Of a stretch of DNA of 64,000 bases, positions 9,599 through 19,172 are shown piece by piece. The stretch is from Bdellovibrionales bacterium (GTDB lineage Bacteria; Bdellovibrionota; Bdellovibrionia; Bdellovibrionales; UBA1609). The stretch covers positions 548,109 through 612,108 of the forward strand of contig OZ241911.1 of assembly GCA_965203785.1 (NCBI GenBank), read 5' to 3'. A program made the position numbers and the translations under genes. Each line of letters begins with the position of its first letter. The stretch's first letter is position 1. Under the pieces are notes generated by a model that made no database searches, was not told the DNA's origin, and saw only the letters and a list, made by a program, of their open reading frames with translations.

Positions 9599-10612
9599 AT
9601 GAACTATTTTTCTATTTTATTATTTGTTTTGTTAATTTTTTCAGCATCTGGTGCGGTTATCCCTCCTGGAGGAGAATTTGGAGAACCAAAAGGTTTCAGT
9701 CATTCACTAAAAGCAACAAATCAAAAGTTTAAGACAGGTTGCAGAAAAGTTTTTAGCATGGAGTTTATTGCTAATCAGAAACAAAAAGCTAGAAGTCAAA
9801 TACACAAACTTCAGAGAGCGAGACAAAGAATTAATGCTAAAGTTGTTGCTTATGCTAGAATTCATTCTGTGGATAGAATTAATTTGAGAGCTAGAGTTAA
9901 TGCCATTTTGGCTAGAATGAATGCTCGACAGAAAGAAAAGGGAGTAACAACAGATATAAAGCAACTAGCATCTAAAGAAAAATTTATAAAAGCTCTTGAA
10001 GACATACAATTACAATTTGAAGACATACAATCACAAATAGGTGTAAACAAAGAAGTAGCACAAGAAGTACGATTACAAATAGATAATATAGTTCAAAAAA
10101 TAACACAACAAGTGGAAGCAACACACCAAGAGGTAACACACCAAGAAGCAGTGCAACCTGTTGTAGTTGATAAAAAAGTAGAAGCTAGTGTATCTGAAGA
10201 TGCATTGGTTAATGAGCAAAAAACATCAGATGATATAGTCCAACAAGTGGAAGCAAACAAAGCAGAAGAAGTAAATGATTCATTAGAAATTAATATAATA
10301 CCAGGTGATGAAGTAGAAATTACACTGACCCCAGATGGTGAATTGACAACTGAAGTAAATAAAAAAAGTAACAAACCAAAACAAGAGCATGATAGCAGTG
10401 GCAGATGGAAGAGTAAATCAACAAGTAAAAAAAATAAAGAAGCCACCGGCAACAAGTCCAAGTCACCTCAATCAGCTAAAAAAAGCAAACCAAAAAACAA
10501 GAAAGATCAAAAAGCCAGTAAAACAGATCAAAAGAAGAAAAAGATTAAGCAAACAGAAAATCAGGAGGAAATATACTCACCTAAGTCAGCAATTGATATG
10601 GAACTTGGATAA
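9599..10612 (+). CDS. Secreted hypothetical protein with CxxxF motif; N-terminus paralogous to the 8157 gene
   Basis: AGGAGG RBS, signal peptide, GCRKVF..FIANQKQK, Lys-rich tail. Confidence 0.8.
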   Translation: MNYFSILLFVLLIFSASGAVIPPGGEFGEPKGFSHSLKATNQKFKTGCRKVFSMEFIANQKQKARSQIHKLQRARQRINAKVVAYARIHSVDRINLRARVNAILARMNARQKEKGVTTDIKQLASKEKFIKALEDIQLQFEDIQSQIGVNKEVAQEVRLQIDNIVQKITQQVEATHQEVTHQEAVQPVVVDKKVEASVSEDALVNEQKTSDDIVQQVEANKAEEVNDSLEINIIPGDEVEITLTPDGELTTEVNKKSNKPKQEHDSSGRWKSKSTSKKNKEATGNKSKSPQSAKKSKPKNKKDQKASKTDQKKKKIKQTENQEEIYSPKSAIDMELG

Positions 10613-10690
10613 TTTTTAATTAAAAATTTGTATACCGACTGCTGACAAACCTATACAGAGAATAGATAGAAGGCAGATATAATTAAAATA

Positions 10691-10762
10691 TAAGATTAAG
10701 ATTAAGATTAAGATTAAGATTAAGATTAAGATTAAGATTAAGATTAAGATTAAGATTAAGAT
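10691..10762. repeat. Perfect hexanucleotide microsatellite (TAAGAT)x12
   Basis: 72 bp of exact TAAGAT repeats between convergent genes. Confidence 0.97.
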
Positions 10763-10819
10763 ATAAAAACAACTTTTGTGATAAAATTTTTACTTGATTT
10801 TTTTTGTTCGGTTTTTTGT

Positions 10820-11674
10820 CTAATCCTCTACTGCTTGATAAATTATTTGGATTTCGTCTAAGTTTTTAAAGTTTTTGTGTTTTTGGTATCCTTTTAATAA
10901 AATTTGGCATTTATTTTTTAAAACTCTTACAAGCTCTTTTTTTTCTCTTCTATTAATAAATTTATTAATCGATGGGTTTTTTAAGTGATTAGAAAGTGCT
11001 CGCACTCTCCATTCATCCATAGCTTTGTATTTTTTTGAAAGCTGGTCAGCGTGTCCTCCATACTTAACCACTAAAATTTTATTAATAAAACCCACTTCTG
11101 TTTGGCAAGTTGCTCTTAACCACAACTCATAATCTTCACATACCGGGAAATCTTCTCGAAAGTAACCAATCTGATTCAAAAACCTTCTTTCAATCAAAGC
11201 TGAAGATGGGCTAATTCGGCATATTTCTAAATTGTCGCCAAAACATCGCCCCCCTTTTTTAAGATGTTTTTTTAGCTGAGGCACTTCTAGCCCCTCCCTC
11301 ATCCATCTCTCATTTGTATGAATCAACTTGTGATGATCATTTTGTTTAACCCATTCCATCTGATATTTTAATTTGTCGGGGAGCCACTCATCATCCGAAT
11401 CCAACAAGGCAATCCAATTGGCCTTACCAGCTCGAATGCCTATATTTCTGGCTGTGCTTACTCCTTTATTTTTTTTTACCGATAATACGCTCATCTGCCC
11501 TTTTGGAAATTCACTTATATATTTTTTTAATACAATTGAGGTATTATCTGTTGAACCATCATTTACCACCCAGAGCTTAAAATCTTTAAAATTTTGATTT
11601 TGGACAGACTGGATGGCTCGTTTAACCTGATTTGCACGATTAAATACAGGAATAATAATATCCACAATGGGCAT
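10820..11674 (-). CDS. Glycosyltransferase family 2
   Basis: Likely start MPIVDIIIPVFNR (ATG 11674); VVNDGSTD, GVSTARNIG, LLDSDDEW, CEDYELWLR. Confidence 0.9.
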   Translation of the reverse strand: MPIVDIIIPVFNRANQVKRAIQSVQNQNFKDFKLWVVNDGSTDNTSIVLKKYISEFPKGQMSVLSVKKNKGVSTARNIGIRAGKANWIALLDSDDEWLPDKLKYQMEWVKQNDHHKLIHTNERWMREGLEVPQLKKHLKKGGRCFGDNLEICRISPSSALIERRFLNQIGYFREDFPVCEDYELWLRATCQTEVGFINKILVVKYGGHADQLSKKYKAMDEWRVRALSNHLKNPSINKFINRREKKELVRVLKNKCQILLKGYQKHKNFKNLDEIQIIYQAVED

Positions 11675-11857
11675 AATTTGCCTTTGATTGTTTTTGTTAT
11701 TTAAAGTATATACAAAAAAATAACCATAATTACCATAAATGAGATGCAAAATCTCAGAACATAAAAAAACAAGTAATTTAGAAAACTTACATAAAAGTAG
11801 GTCAAACAAATAGGTCAAACAAAATAGATTAGAAAAAATAAACCAAAGGGAAAAAAC

Positions 11858-12832
11858 ATGTTTCGGCAAAAAAAACTGTTTGAGGCATCAGAAAAGAAGT
11901 TAGAAATAATTTTTTCTCCTCAAGCTAAGCCTGTCAGATCTTATGGCTTCGATTTTTGGCAAAAACTATGTAAAACCGCTGGCACTCGCATTATTCAGTC
12001 GGGCTTGTCTAATTCCTTTTGTGATTCCTATGTGCTGTCAGAATCCAGTCTTTTTGTATGGGATCATCGCTTGCTGATGCTCACTTGTGGTCATGCTTCT
12101 TTAATCTCGGCTCTTTTGAATTTGTTAAAAAAAATTCGCTTAGAAGATTTGCAGATGATGTTTTATCAAAGAAAAAACGAACTTTCTCCCCGTAGTCAAA
12201 AAACTTCGTTCTTAGATGATTTAAACAAAATTACAAAAAAAATTGATGGTCAAGCTTTTTGCTTTGGTAGCCCCGATGAGCATCATTTCTATTTATTTCA
12301 TTCCTCCATGCCCTATCAACCGGGTACACACGATCAAACAGTAGAAATTTTAATGTATGATTTAGAAGACAGTATTAAAGAGGTTTTTTTTAATAGTTCT
12401 TCAGTAAAAGATATTAGACAGAGGTTGGGACTGAATCAGATATTTAAAAACACACAGACAAACGATTACTTGTTTAAACCTTACGGATATTCTCTAAACG
12501 GCATTAAAGGGCAAACCGGTTATTATACTATTCATGTGACCCCTCAAGAGCCGGGTTTTTATGTGAGTTTCGAAACCAATATTAAAGAACAACCATTAGA
12601 AGAAATCATTCATCAAGTGGTGTCTTTATTTAAACCAGTCAGTGTAGATGTTGTTGTGTTTTCTTCTAATCACTTAGCAGAATACTCTGCTCCAGATTTT
12701 TTTATTCGTTCTTCTTTTTTTGGACGAAAACTCGGCTGTGGATATTATGTTCAATTTTCAAGTTTTTTTAGACCTTACAAACATCCTCGTCCTCCTTTTA
12801 ATATGTCAGACAATTTACAGTATTTAAAATGA
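11858..12832 (+). CDS. speD: S-adenosylmethionine decarboxylase proenzyme, eukaryote-type (class 2)
   Basis: FEASEKKLEI, YVLSESSLFV cleavage site, TCG, PYGYSLNG, TIHVTP, YVSFETN; adjacent to speE. Confidence 0.88.
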   Translation: MFRQKKLFEASEKKLEIIFSPQAKPVRSYGFDFWQKLCKTAGTRIIQSGLSNSFCDSYVLSESSLFVWDHRLLMLTCGHASLISALLNLLKKIRLEDLQMMFYQRKNELSPRSQKTSFLDDLNKITKKIDGQAFCFGSPDEHHFYLFHSSMPYQPGTHDQTVEILMYDLEDSIKEVFFNSSSVKDIRQRLGLNQIFKNTQTNDYLFKPYGYSLNGIKGQTGYYTIHVTPQEPGFYVSFETNIKEQPLEEIIHQVVSLFKPVSVDVVVFSSNHLAEYSAPDFFIRSSFFGRKLGCGYYVQFSSFFRPYKHPRPPFNMSDNLQYLK

Positions 12833-13761
12833 CTAAAGTTAATTCCAATATTATTTCTGATTTTCAGGGGAAAGAATACTCCAATTCTTCTATGGATTTA
12901 TGGGTGGAAGAAAAACATGGCAATCATTTTGCCACCCGGTTTCGTTGTCAAAAAGTTTTATTTTCTGGTCGCAGTGTTTATCAAAATATTGATGTCGTAG
13001 AAACCCATAATCAAGGGCGACTTTTACTTAACGATGGCATTGTTATGCTCAGTGACCAAGATGAACCAGTTTATCATGAGATGATAACCCATGTGCCATT
13101 ATTTACACACCCTAAACCATGTTCAGTTCTCATTATTGGAGGAGGAGACGGTGGAACAGCCAGAGAGGTTTTGCGTCATCTAACTGTTCGCCAATGTGTA
13201 AATGTGGAAATTGATGAAATGGTAGTAGAAGTTTGTAAAAAATATTTTCCACGATTAGCCGATTCTTTTTCCGATCAACGAGTGAATTTAAAAATTCAAG
13301 ACGGAGCATTGTTTGTTAAAAATACTCAACAGACTTTTGATATAGTATTAGTGGATTCTACCGACCCTTTAGGCCCATCAAAGCCTTTGTTCAGCGAAGC
13401 ATTTTATAAAAATGTTTTTCGAATTTTATCTCCAGATGGAATTTTAGTGGTGCAAGCGGAATCTCCTTTATTTAAAAGAGAAAGAGAGGCACAAAAATTT
13501 ATTTTGCAATCTTTAGGGCTTGTGTTTCCGCTGGTGAATTTATATCACTACTCTAATGTTGTCTATCCAGGTGGGCTTTGGTCTTTTGCTCTGGCTTCTA
13601 AAAAATATTGCCCAGTTAAAGATTTTCAAAAAAACAAAGTATGTTCGATTAAAAATTGGAATTTACAATATTATAATACAGATATTCATCAGTCTGCTTT
13701 TGTCCAGCCAGAGTTTTTAAAAAAAGAATTTGGCAATTTGTTTAAACAACCTTTACGGTAA
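12829..13761 (+). CDS. speE: Spermidine synthase (polyamine aminopropyltransferase)
   Basis: YHEMITHVP, VLIIGGGDGGTAREV, VEIDE, DSTDPLGP, YPGGLWSF. Confidence 0.95.
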   Translation: MTKVNSNIISDFQGKEYSNSSMDLWVEEKHGNHFATRFRCQKVLFSGRSVYQNIDVVETHNQGRLLLNDGIVMLSDQDEPVYHEMITHVPLFTHPKPCSVLIIGGGDGGTAREVLRHLTVRQCVNVEIDEMVVEVCKKYFPRLADSFSDQRVNLKIQDGALFVKNTQQTFDIVLVDSTDPLGPSKPLFSEAFYKNVFRILSPDGILVVQAESPLFKREREAQKFILQSLGLVFPLVNLYHYSNVVYPGGLWSFALASKKYCPVKDFQKNKVCSIKNWNLQYYNTDIHQSAFVQPEFLKKEFGNLFKQPLR

Positions 13762-13771
13762 AAATCATTTA

Positions 13772-14773
13772 ATGATTGTTTTAAAACCTTTAACTCATCA
13801 GGCTTTGATCGATTTAATCGCACCCAGTTCTTCAGTTTCTAAACAACAAATTAAAAGTGCCATCGAGCAAGTTTCTTCTTTGGGTTTTCGCTATCGAGTG
13901 AGAGTTACAGATGGTTACAAAAACTCCTCAACAAAAAAGAATTTTACAGAAGAGTACCAAAAATTTGCTTTGCTAAAAATGGCTTTAATGGCTAAAGATT
14001 CAGAAGCTATATGGTGCATTCGTGGAGGTTATGGCAGTCAAAAATTACTTACTCTTCTTTCTCGTCTCAAAACGCATGTTCAACCCAAACTATTAATTGG
14101 CTATAGTGATATAACAGCTTTGCAACTTTTTTTAAATCAAAAATGGGGGTGGCCAGTATTACATTTTCCCGTTCTCACTCACTTAAACCAAGCCAGCTTA
14201 AGTGCGATTAAAAGATTTCAAAAGATAATTTGTGGTGGAGTTCTTAAAAAAGGAAGTTTGATTTGTCAAAAATTTAAAACACTTAAAATACTTAACTCAT
14301 CTTTTTTATCTAAAAAGCCTCATTCTATTTGTGCTCCTTTAATTGGTGGGAATATGACTGTGATTCAAAGTATGATTGGAACTGCTTGGGCAGGGTCTTT
14401 TCAGCAAAAAATGTTGTTTTTAGAAGATGTGGGGGAAGCTCCCTACCGTGTGGATCGTGCTTTATGGCAATTACAAAATGCAGGAGTTTTTAAAGGGATC
14501 AAGGCTTTAATTTTAGGAGATTTTTTACCTCCTCGTTTGTCGGATCGTTCTTTAATGCAAGATGTATTACAATCATTTTCTAAAACTATTAAAACTTTCC
14601 CTGTTGTAGCAGGGGTTCCTTGTGGACACGGACCTCAAAAAGAAGCCTTACCATTTGGGACTCAATGTGAATGTTTTTTTAATTATCAAAAAAAAGTGGT
14701 CGATTTGTCGATTCATAGTCCTTTCTATAGTTCTTCTCTAAAAAGCTCTTCTCTAAAAAAACAAGGAGGGTAA
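13772..14773 (+). CDS. ldcA: LD-carboxypeptidase (peptidase S66)
   Basis: IAPSS, RGGYG, GYSDIT (Ser), LEDVGE (Glu), CGHG (His); start taken as ATG 13772. Confidence 0.9.
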   Translation: MIVLKPLTHQALIDLIAPSSSVSKQQIKSAIEQVSSLGFRYRVRVTDGYKNSSTKKNFTEEYQKFALLKMALMAKDSEAIWCIRGGYGSQKLLTLLSRLKTHVQPKLLIGYSDITALQLFLNQKWGWPVLHFPVLTHLNQASLSAIKRFQKIICGGVLKKGSLICQKFKTLKILNSSFLSKKPHSICAPLIGGNMTVIQSMIGTAWAGSFQQKMLFLEDVGEAPYRVDRALWQLQNAGVFKGIKALILGDFLPPRLSDRSLMQDVLQSFSKTIKTFPVVAGVPCGHGPQKEALPFGTQCECFFNYQKKVVDLSIHSPFYSSSLKSSSLKKQGG

Positions 14774-14777
14774 TTTT

Positions 14778-16346
14778 TTGCAAATTCAAGTACGCACGGG
14801 GCTTAAAGGGGAGTTTTCTTCATTTAACCTTCCATCATCTGCAAAAATTTACATGATGGGAATATGTGGCACCGCCATGTCCGCCTTGGCTGGTTTATTA
14901 AAACAAAAAGGATACACACTATACGGTAGTGACAAAGCTTGCTACCCTCCTGCTACAGACATTCTGAAAAAACTTAAAATACATGTTCATTTGGATTATA
15001 AAGCATCTCGTATCGAAGAAGATTGGGATTTAGCGATTGTGGGCAATGTAGTTACTCGAAAATGGCCAATTACGCAAGCTCTTCTTAAAAGTGGTCGTCC
15101 TTATTTAAGTCTTCCAGAAGCACTCAATGCTTTAGTCATTAAACCATCTGTTAATTGTGTTATGGTAGTTGGTACACACGGTAAAACGACTGTTTCTTCT
15201 CTGCTGGCTTGGACCTTATATCGATGCGGTTTAAATCCCGGTTTTATGATTGGTGGAGTAGCAGAAAACTTTCAGACCAGCTTTTATTTAAGTAGTAGCA
15301 ATTGGTTTGTTTTAGAAGGGGACGAATACGATACTGCTTTTTTTGAAAAGACTCCAAAGTTTTTACACTACTCAGCTTCTCACATTTTACTTACCAATAT
15401 AGAGTTTGACCATGCAGATATTTATAAAAATATGGAAGAAGTTAGACAAGTTTTTTACAACTTGATAACTAAAAAAAAATCCAATGCTCAATTTGTTATA
15501 GGGTGTTCTGGCGAAACCAACCCATTAATTAATAAAGCTCAAAGCCAAACACTTACTTATGGTATTCAAACTGGCGATTATCAAATTGTGGATCGTCAAA
15601 TTCTCACCCCTTCATCTAATCACCCTACTCAATCACCAGTTCGACAAATTGTTTCCGTTCAAAATAAAAAAGGAGAGTATGTGGATCTGGAAATCCCATT
15701 AACGGGAGAACACAATGCACTCAATTTTTTGGCAGTTTATACAATTGCTCAATCTTTAAAGTTACCAAAACATCAAGTTCTTTCTGCATTTAAAAGTTTT
15801 CAAGGGGTGCGTAGAAGATTGCAAGTTTTAGGGGAATTTAATGGGATTGTTTTAATAGAAGACTTTGCCCATCACCCAAGTGCTGTCCGTGCCACAATTG
15901 CCAGTGTGCGAGAAATGTATCCTAAGCGGAGAATTTTAGCTGTCTTTGAACCTCGCTCTAATACCTCTAAAACTTCTATCTTTCAAACCGCTTACCAACA
16001 AGCCCTATCTTTGGCTGATCAAGTTTTTTGCATGGAACTTCCTCAAAAAAACTCCCCTACCCCTACCCCTACCCCTACCTCTGCCCCTACCTCTGCCCCT
16101 ACCTCTGCCCCTGCCCCTGTTTCTTCTTCTAAATTACATTTAAAAGATCATTTGTTTTCTGCCCACACCCTCATACAAAATCTCAAATCTCAACACAACA
16201 CTCCTGGTCAGATGGCAAAAACTGTAGAGGAAATGACACATATTGTCCAACACTCAGCGGTAAAAGGGGATGTCGTTTTAGTAATGAGCAACGGTGATTT
16301 TGGTGGGATTTACTCGTTACTTAAAGTCGTATTTCTGTCAAAATAA
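14778..16346 (+). CDS. mpl: UDP-MurNAc:L-Ala-gamma-D-Glu-mDAP ligase (murein peptide ligase)
   Basis: GICGTAM, GTHGKTT, EGDEYDTAFF, EFDHADIY, DFAHHP, FEPRSNT, MSNGDFGGI; follows ldcA. Confidence 0.9.
   Translation: MQIQVRTGLKGEFSSFNLPSSAKIYMMGICGTAMSALAGLLKQKGYTLYGSDKACYPPATDILKKLKIHVHLDYKASRIEEDWDLAIVGNVVTRKWPITQALLKSGRPYLSLPEALNALVIKPSVNCVMVVGTHGKTTVSSLLAWTLYRCGLNPGFMIGGVAENFQTSFYLSSSNWFVLEGDEYDTAFFEKTPKFLHYSASHILLTNIEFDHADIYKNMEEVRQVFYNLITKKKSNAQFVIGCSGETNPLINKAQSQTLTYGIQTGDYQIVDRQILTPSSNHPTQSPVRQIVSVQNKKGEYVDLEIPLTGEHNALNFLAVYTIAQSLKLPKHQVLSAFKSFQGVRRRLQVLGEFNGIVLIEDFAHHPSAVRATIASVREMYPKRRILAVFEPRSNTSKTSIFQTAYQQALSLADQVFCMELPQKNSPTPTPTPTSAPTSAPTSAPAPVSSSKLHLKDHLFSAHTLIQNLKSQHNTPGQMAKTVEEMTHIVQHSAVKGDVVLVMSNGDFGGIYSLLKVVFLSK
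16054..16119 (+). repeat. In-frame 6/12-bp tandem repeat in mpl encoding a PTPT/PTSA linker
   Basis: CCCCTA repeats followed by CCCCTACCTCTG repeats. Confidence 0.9.
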
Positions 16347-16583
16347 TGTCTCAATATTTCTTCTTAAATGAGACCTTTGGAAGATAGAAATGTTAGTTTT
16401 TTGTTAAGAATCATTTTAAGTCTTTTCTAATCAATTCAATATTTATAATCCTACAAGTAGCAGGTGCCAGTCACTCAAAGCGAGAACATTAAAGGCTGGG
16501 ACATTTTTGGGTGCATTTTCGGGGGCATTTTTAAAAACATAATGTATTTCATCTGGAGGTTTTTTTAAATTAAGGTTTTATTA

Positions 16584-17741
16584 GTGACGAAAATTATTTT
16601 AAGAGGGATATTTTTCAGTTGGGCGTTTTTGTCTGTTTTTGCAATCGCTCAAATGCAAGATAGTCATTTCTACAAAGTTCCCATTGATGATATTTCTTCT
16701 CCTTTTACATTAAACAGTTTGTGGAAAACTCGTATAGAGGGTTCTTTTTTACGCAACAACGAAAGTCGCGAAAGTTTAATGAAAGTCAAATTATTTGGGA
16801 AGTTTAATTTAAGTTTAACTCCCAACTTAACCGCTGAATTTGAACCTTATTTAACTATGACAGAAGGGGAAGTTCAAAGCCGTTTTACTCGTCCAGAATC
16901 TTCTATAGAAATGCGACAAGGTTTTTTACGCTATCAATTAACGGAAAGTATCAGTTGGCAGGCTGGTTCTATTTATCAAGGGTATTTAGATGCTCCTTTG
17001 TTGATTGCCAATCGCTCATTTTTATCTTCCTTTCTGGGGTATTTTTACATGAATGATGTGTACGAAGTGCAAAGCATTTTGCAAGTGAGTATGCCTTCTG
17101 TAGTTAATACTTTTAAAAGATATAGCGAAATTGCCAATACATCTTATTTTAACTCTTTGTTTGTGTATGGAGAATGGCTACCTTCCGATTATTATTCTTT
17201 TCGTGGTCATGTTACAGGCTTTCATTTTACAGAACTTCCGGCTTTTATTGCTCACCAAAGTAAACTTTATGGCAATACTGTAAAGGGAGTGGGTTCCAGT
17301 GCACAACTCATTTATCCCTATTATGGGGTGAATTTTGATATTAGCTCTCAACTGCGAATGACAGGAAATATTTATACTTCTTTAGGATACAACGGTTTGA
17401 TCAATTTAGGAGGTTCTCCTTTAGAGAATTCTTGGGGAGAAAGAATTTATGTAGTTTGTGATATTTCATCTGGTCAGTGGGCAAAAATTTATTTAAGAGG
17501 AGAATATTTTTATAATAACTCAGACACAGCTCCAGCATATTTCAATAGTGAAGCTTATGGACACAACGATAGAAAAGGCTTTTTAATGGAAGTAAAAACT
17601 TTTCTTCCGAATGGAAATTTTGAAGTAGGGGTTCGTTATGTCGTATCTCGTCCTGTGCAGAAAATGAATTTAACTTCTTCTTTAGGCGATAGTCAGCATT
17701 CTTTTCAAATATTTGTTAGCTCTCGTTATTCGTCTATTTAA
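16584..17741 (+). CDS. Putative outer-membrane beta-barrel protein
   Basis: Signal peptide (AIA|Q), alternating aromatic/hydrophobic strands, C-terminal FQIFVSSRY. Confidence 0.6.
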   Translation: MTKIILRGIFFSWAFLSVFAIAQMQDSHFYKVPIDDISSPFTLNSLWKTRIEGSFLRNNESRESLMKVKLFGKFNLSLTPNLTAEFEPYLTMTEGEVQSRFTRPESSIEMRQGFLRYQLTESISWQAGSIYQGYLDAPLLIANRSFLSSFLGYFYMNDVYEVQSILQVSMPSVVNTFKRYSEIANTSYFNSLFVYGEWLPSDYYSFRGHVTGFHFTELPAFIAHQSKLYGNTVKGVGSSAQLIYPYYGVNFDISSQLRMTGNIYTSLGYNGLINLGGSPLENSWGERIYVVCDISSGQWAKIYLRGEYFYNNSDTAPAYFNSEAYGHNDRKGFLMEVKTFLPNGNFEVGVRYVVSRPVQKMNLTSSLGDSQHSFQIFVSSRYSSI

Positions 17742-17776
17742 TTTTGAGATTGGAGAGTTACTATTTGTTACTCGTA

Positions 17777-17860
17777 GGTGTAAATACTTGATAAATAGTT
17801 TCAAAATACCAAGCAGAGTGGTTACAACTACGAGGTCATTCTAATCTGACTGTTCAATAA
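17777..17860 (+). pseudogene. Remnant copy of the 3' end of the downstream pentapeptide-repeat gene
   Basis: ATAGTTTCAAAATACCAAGCAGAGTGGTTACAACTACGAGGTCATTCTAATCTGACTGTTCAATAA (17795-17860) is nearly identical to 19071-19142. Confidence 0.8.
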
Positions 17861-18041
17861 ATAATTGCTTATTGTTCAATTGGGGTTTACAAGCGGAGGG
17901 TGGATCGGAGAGGCTTGATTTACTCTCTAATGGGGGGCTTTGTAATATTTACAATATGTAATATTTATAATAATTTAGTTAAAATATTTACTGGTATGAT
18001 TTGTTGTTTTAGGATTTCTCTAAAAAAAAAGGAAAAAACCC

Positions 18042-19142
18042 ATGAAAGTAATACTTTTTGTTAGCTTATTAATTATTGGTTCTTTTGCGTCTGCTAATTG
18101 TAACGAGCAGTTTGAAAATTTAAAAACTTTAAAAGATGAAGATTTACGAGATAGGGATTTACGAAATAGGGATCTACGCGGTTTTGATTTACGCGATATG
18201 GATTTAGAAGGTTTTGATTTACGAGGTGCGAATTTAAGAGATGCGATTTTAAAAAGGGCAGATTTGACAGATGCGAATTTACAAAGGGCACAATTGAGAG
18301 ATGCAGATTTAGAAGATGCGATTTTAAAAAGAGCAAATTTGAGAGATGCGGATTTACAAGGTGCGATTTTGACAGATGCGGATTTACAGTGGGCGAAATT
18401 ACAAAAGGCAGATTTGAGAGATGCGAATTTACAAAGGGCAGATTTGAGAGATGCGATTTTACAAAGGGTGATTTTACGAGATGCGGATTTGAGAGATGCG
18501 AATTTACAAAGGGCAGATTTGACAGATGCAAATTTACAGAGAGCGAAATTACAAAAGGCAGATTTGACAGCTGCAATTTTACAAAGGGCGGATTTGACAG
18601 CTGCAATTTTACAAAGGGCGATTTTGAAAGGTGCGAATTTACAAAGTGTACTTTTCATAAATGCAGATTTAAAAGGTATAAATTTGGAATATGCGAATTT
18701 ACAAAGGGCAGATTTGACAAATGTGCTTTTACAGTGGGCGATTTTACAAAGGGCGGATTTGACAGGTGCGATTTTGATAAGGGCAGATTTGACAGATGCA
18801 GATTTACAGAGAGCAAATTTACAAAAGGCGGATTTGACAGGTGCGATTTTGATAAGGGCAGATTTGAGAGATGCATATTTAGAAGATGCGAATTTACAAA
18901 AGGCGGATTTGACAGATGCGAATTTACAAAGGGCAGATTTGACAAATGCGATTTTACAAAGGGCGATTTTGAAAGGTGCGAATTTACAAAGTGTACTTTT
19001 CCAGGGTGCAGCTTTAGAAGCTATACATTTGGAAGATGTGAATTGGAAAGGTGTAAATTTGCAAGGTGCAATAGTTTCAGAATACCAAGCAGAGTGGTTA
19101 AAACTACGAGGTCATTCTCATTCTAATCTGACTGTTAAATAG
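18042..19142 (+). CDS. Secreted pentapeptide-repeat protein with CxxxF motif
   Basis: Signal peptide (ASA|N), NCNEQF, dozens of A(D/N/I)Lxx pentapeptides (15-nt periodicity). Confidence 0.95.
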   Translation: MKVILFVSLLIIGSFASANCNEQFENLKTLKDEDLRDRDLRNRDLRGFDLRDMDLEGFDLRGANLRDAILKRADLTDANLQRAQLRDADLEDAILKRANLRDADLQGAILTDADLQWAKLQKADLRDANLQRADLRDAILQRVILRDADLRDANLQRADLTDANLQRAKLQKADLTAAILQRADLTAAILQRAILKGANLQSVLFINADLKGINLEYANLQRADLTNVLLQWAILQRADLTGAILIRADLTDADLQRANLQKADLTGAILIRADLRDAYLEDANLQKADLTDANLQRADLTNAILQRAILKGANLQSVLFQGAALEAIHLEDVNWKGVNLQGAIVSEYQAEWLKLRGHSHSNLTVK

Positions 19143-19172
19143 GCTTAAAACACTAAACTATAGTTATAATTC

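Noticed and set aside
10691-10762. Repeat tract as a CRISPR array (also considered for 31792-31959 and 18150-19000)
   Set aside because: No unique spacers; these are simple or coding tandem repeats; no cas genes
11675-11869. 65-aa N-terminal extension of the GT2 ORF overlapping speD
   Set aside because: GT2 homology starts at MPIVDIIIP; the extension is AT-rich divergent intergenic DNA
15946-16143. 65-aa ORF with an LPLPLP run
   Set aside because: Alternative-frame reading of the mpl internal repeat
17890-17945. GC-richer intergenic patch resembling a tRNA 5' half or riboswitch
   Set aside because: No T-arm or acceptor complement and no recognisable aptamer consensus; an Infernal/Rfam scan would be needed
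18020-19126. Long alternative-frame and antisense ORFs over the pentapeptide gene, including a Cys-rich 245-aa frame
   Set aside because: Stop-free frames are expected from 15-nt periodic repeats; only 18042-19142 has a signal peptide and canonical pentapeptides
17795-19142. Template/variable repeat pair of a diversity-generating retroelement
   Set aside because: Only four substitutions plus an indel, not confined to adenines of one copy; no reverse transcriptase in the window
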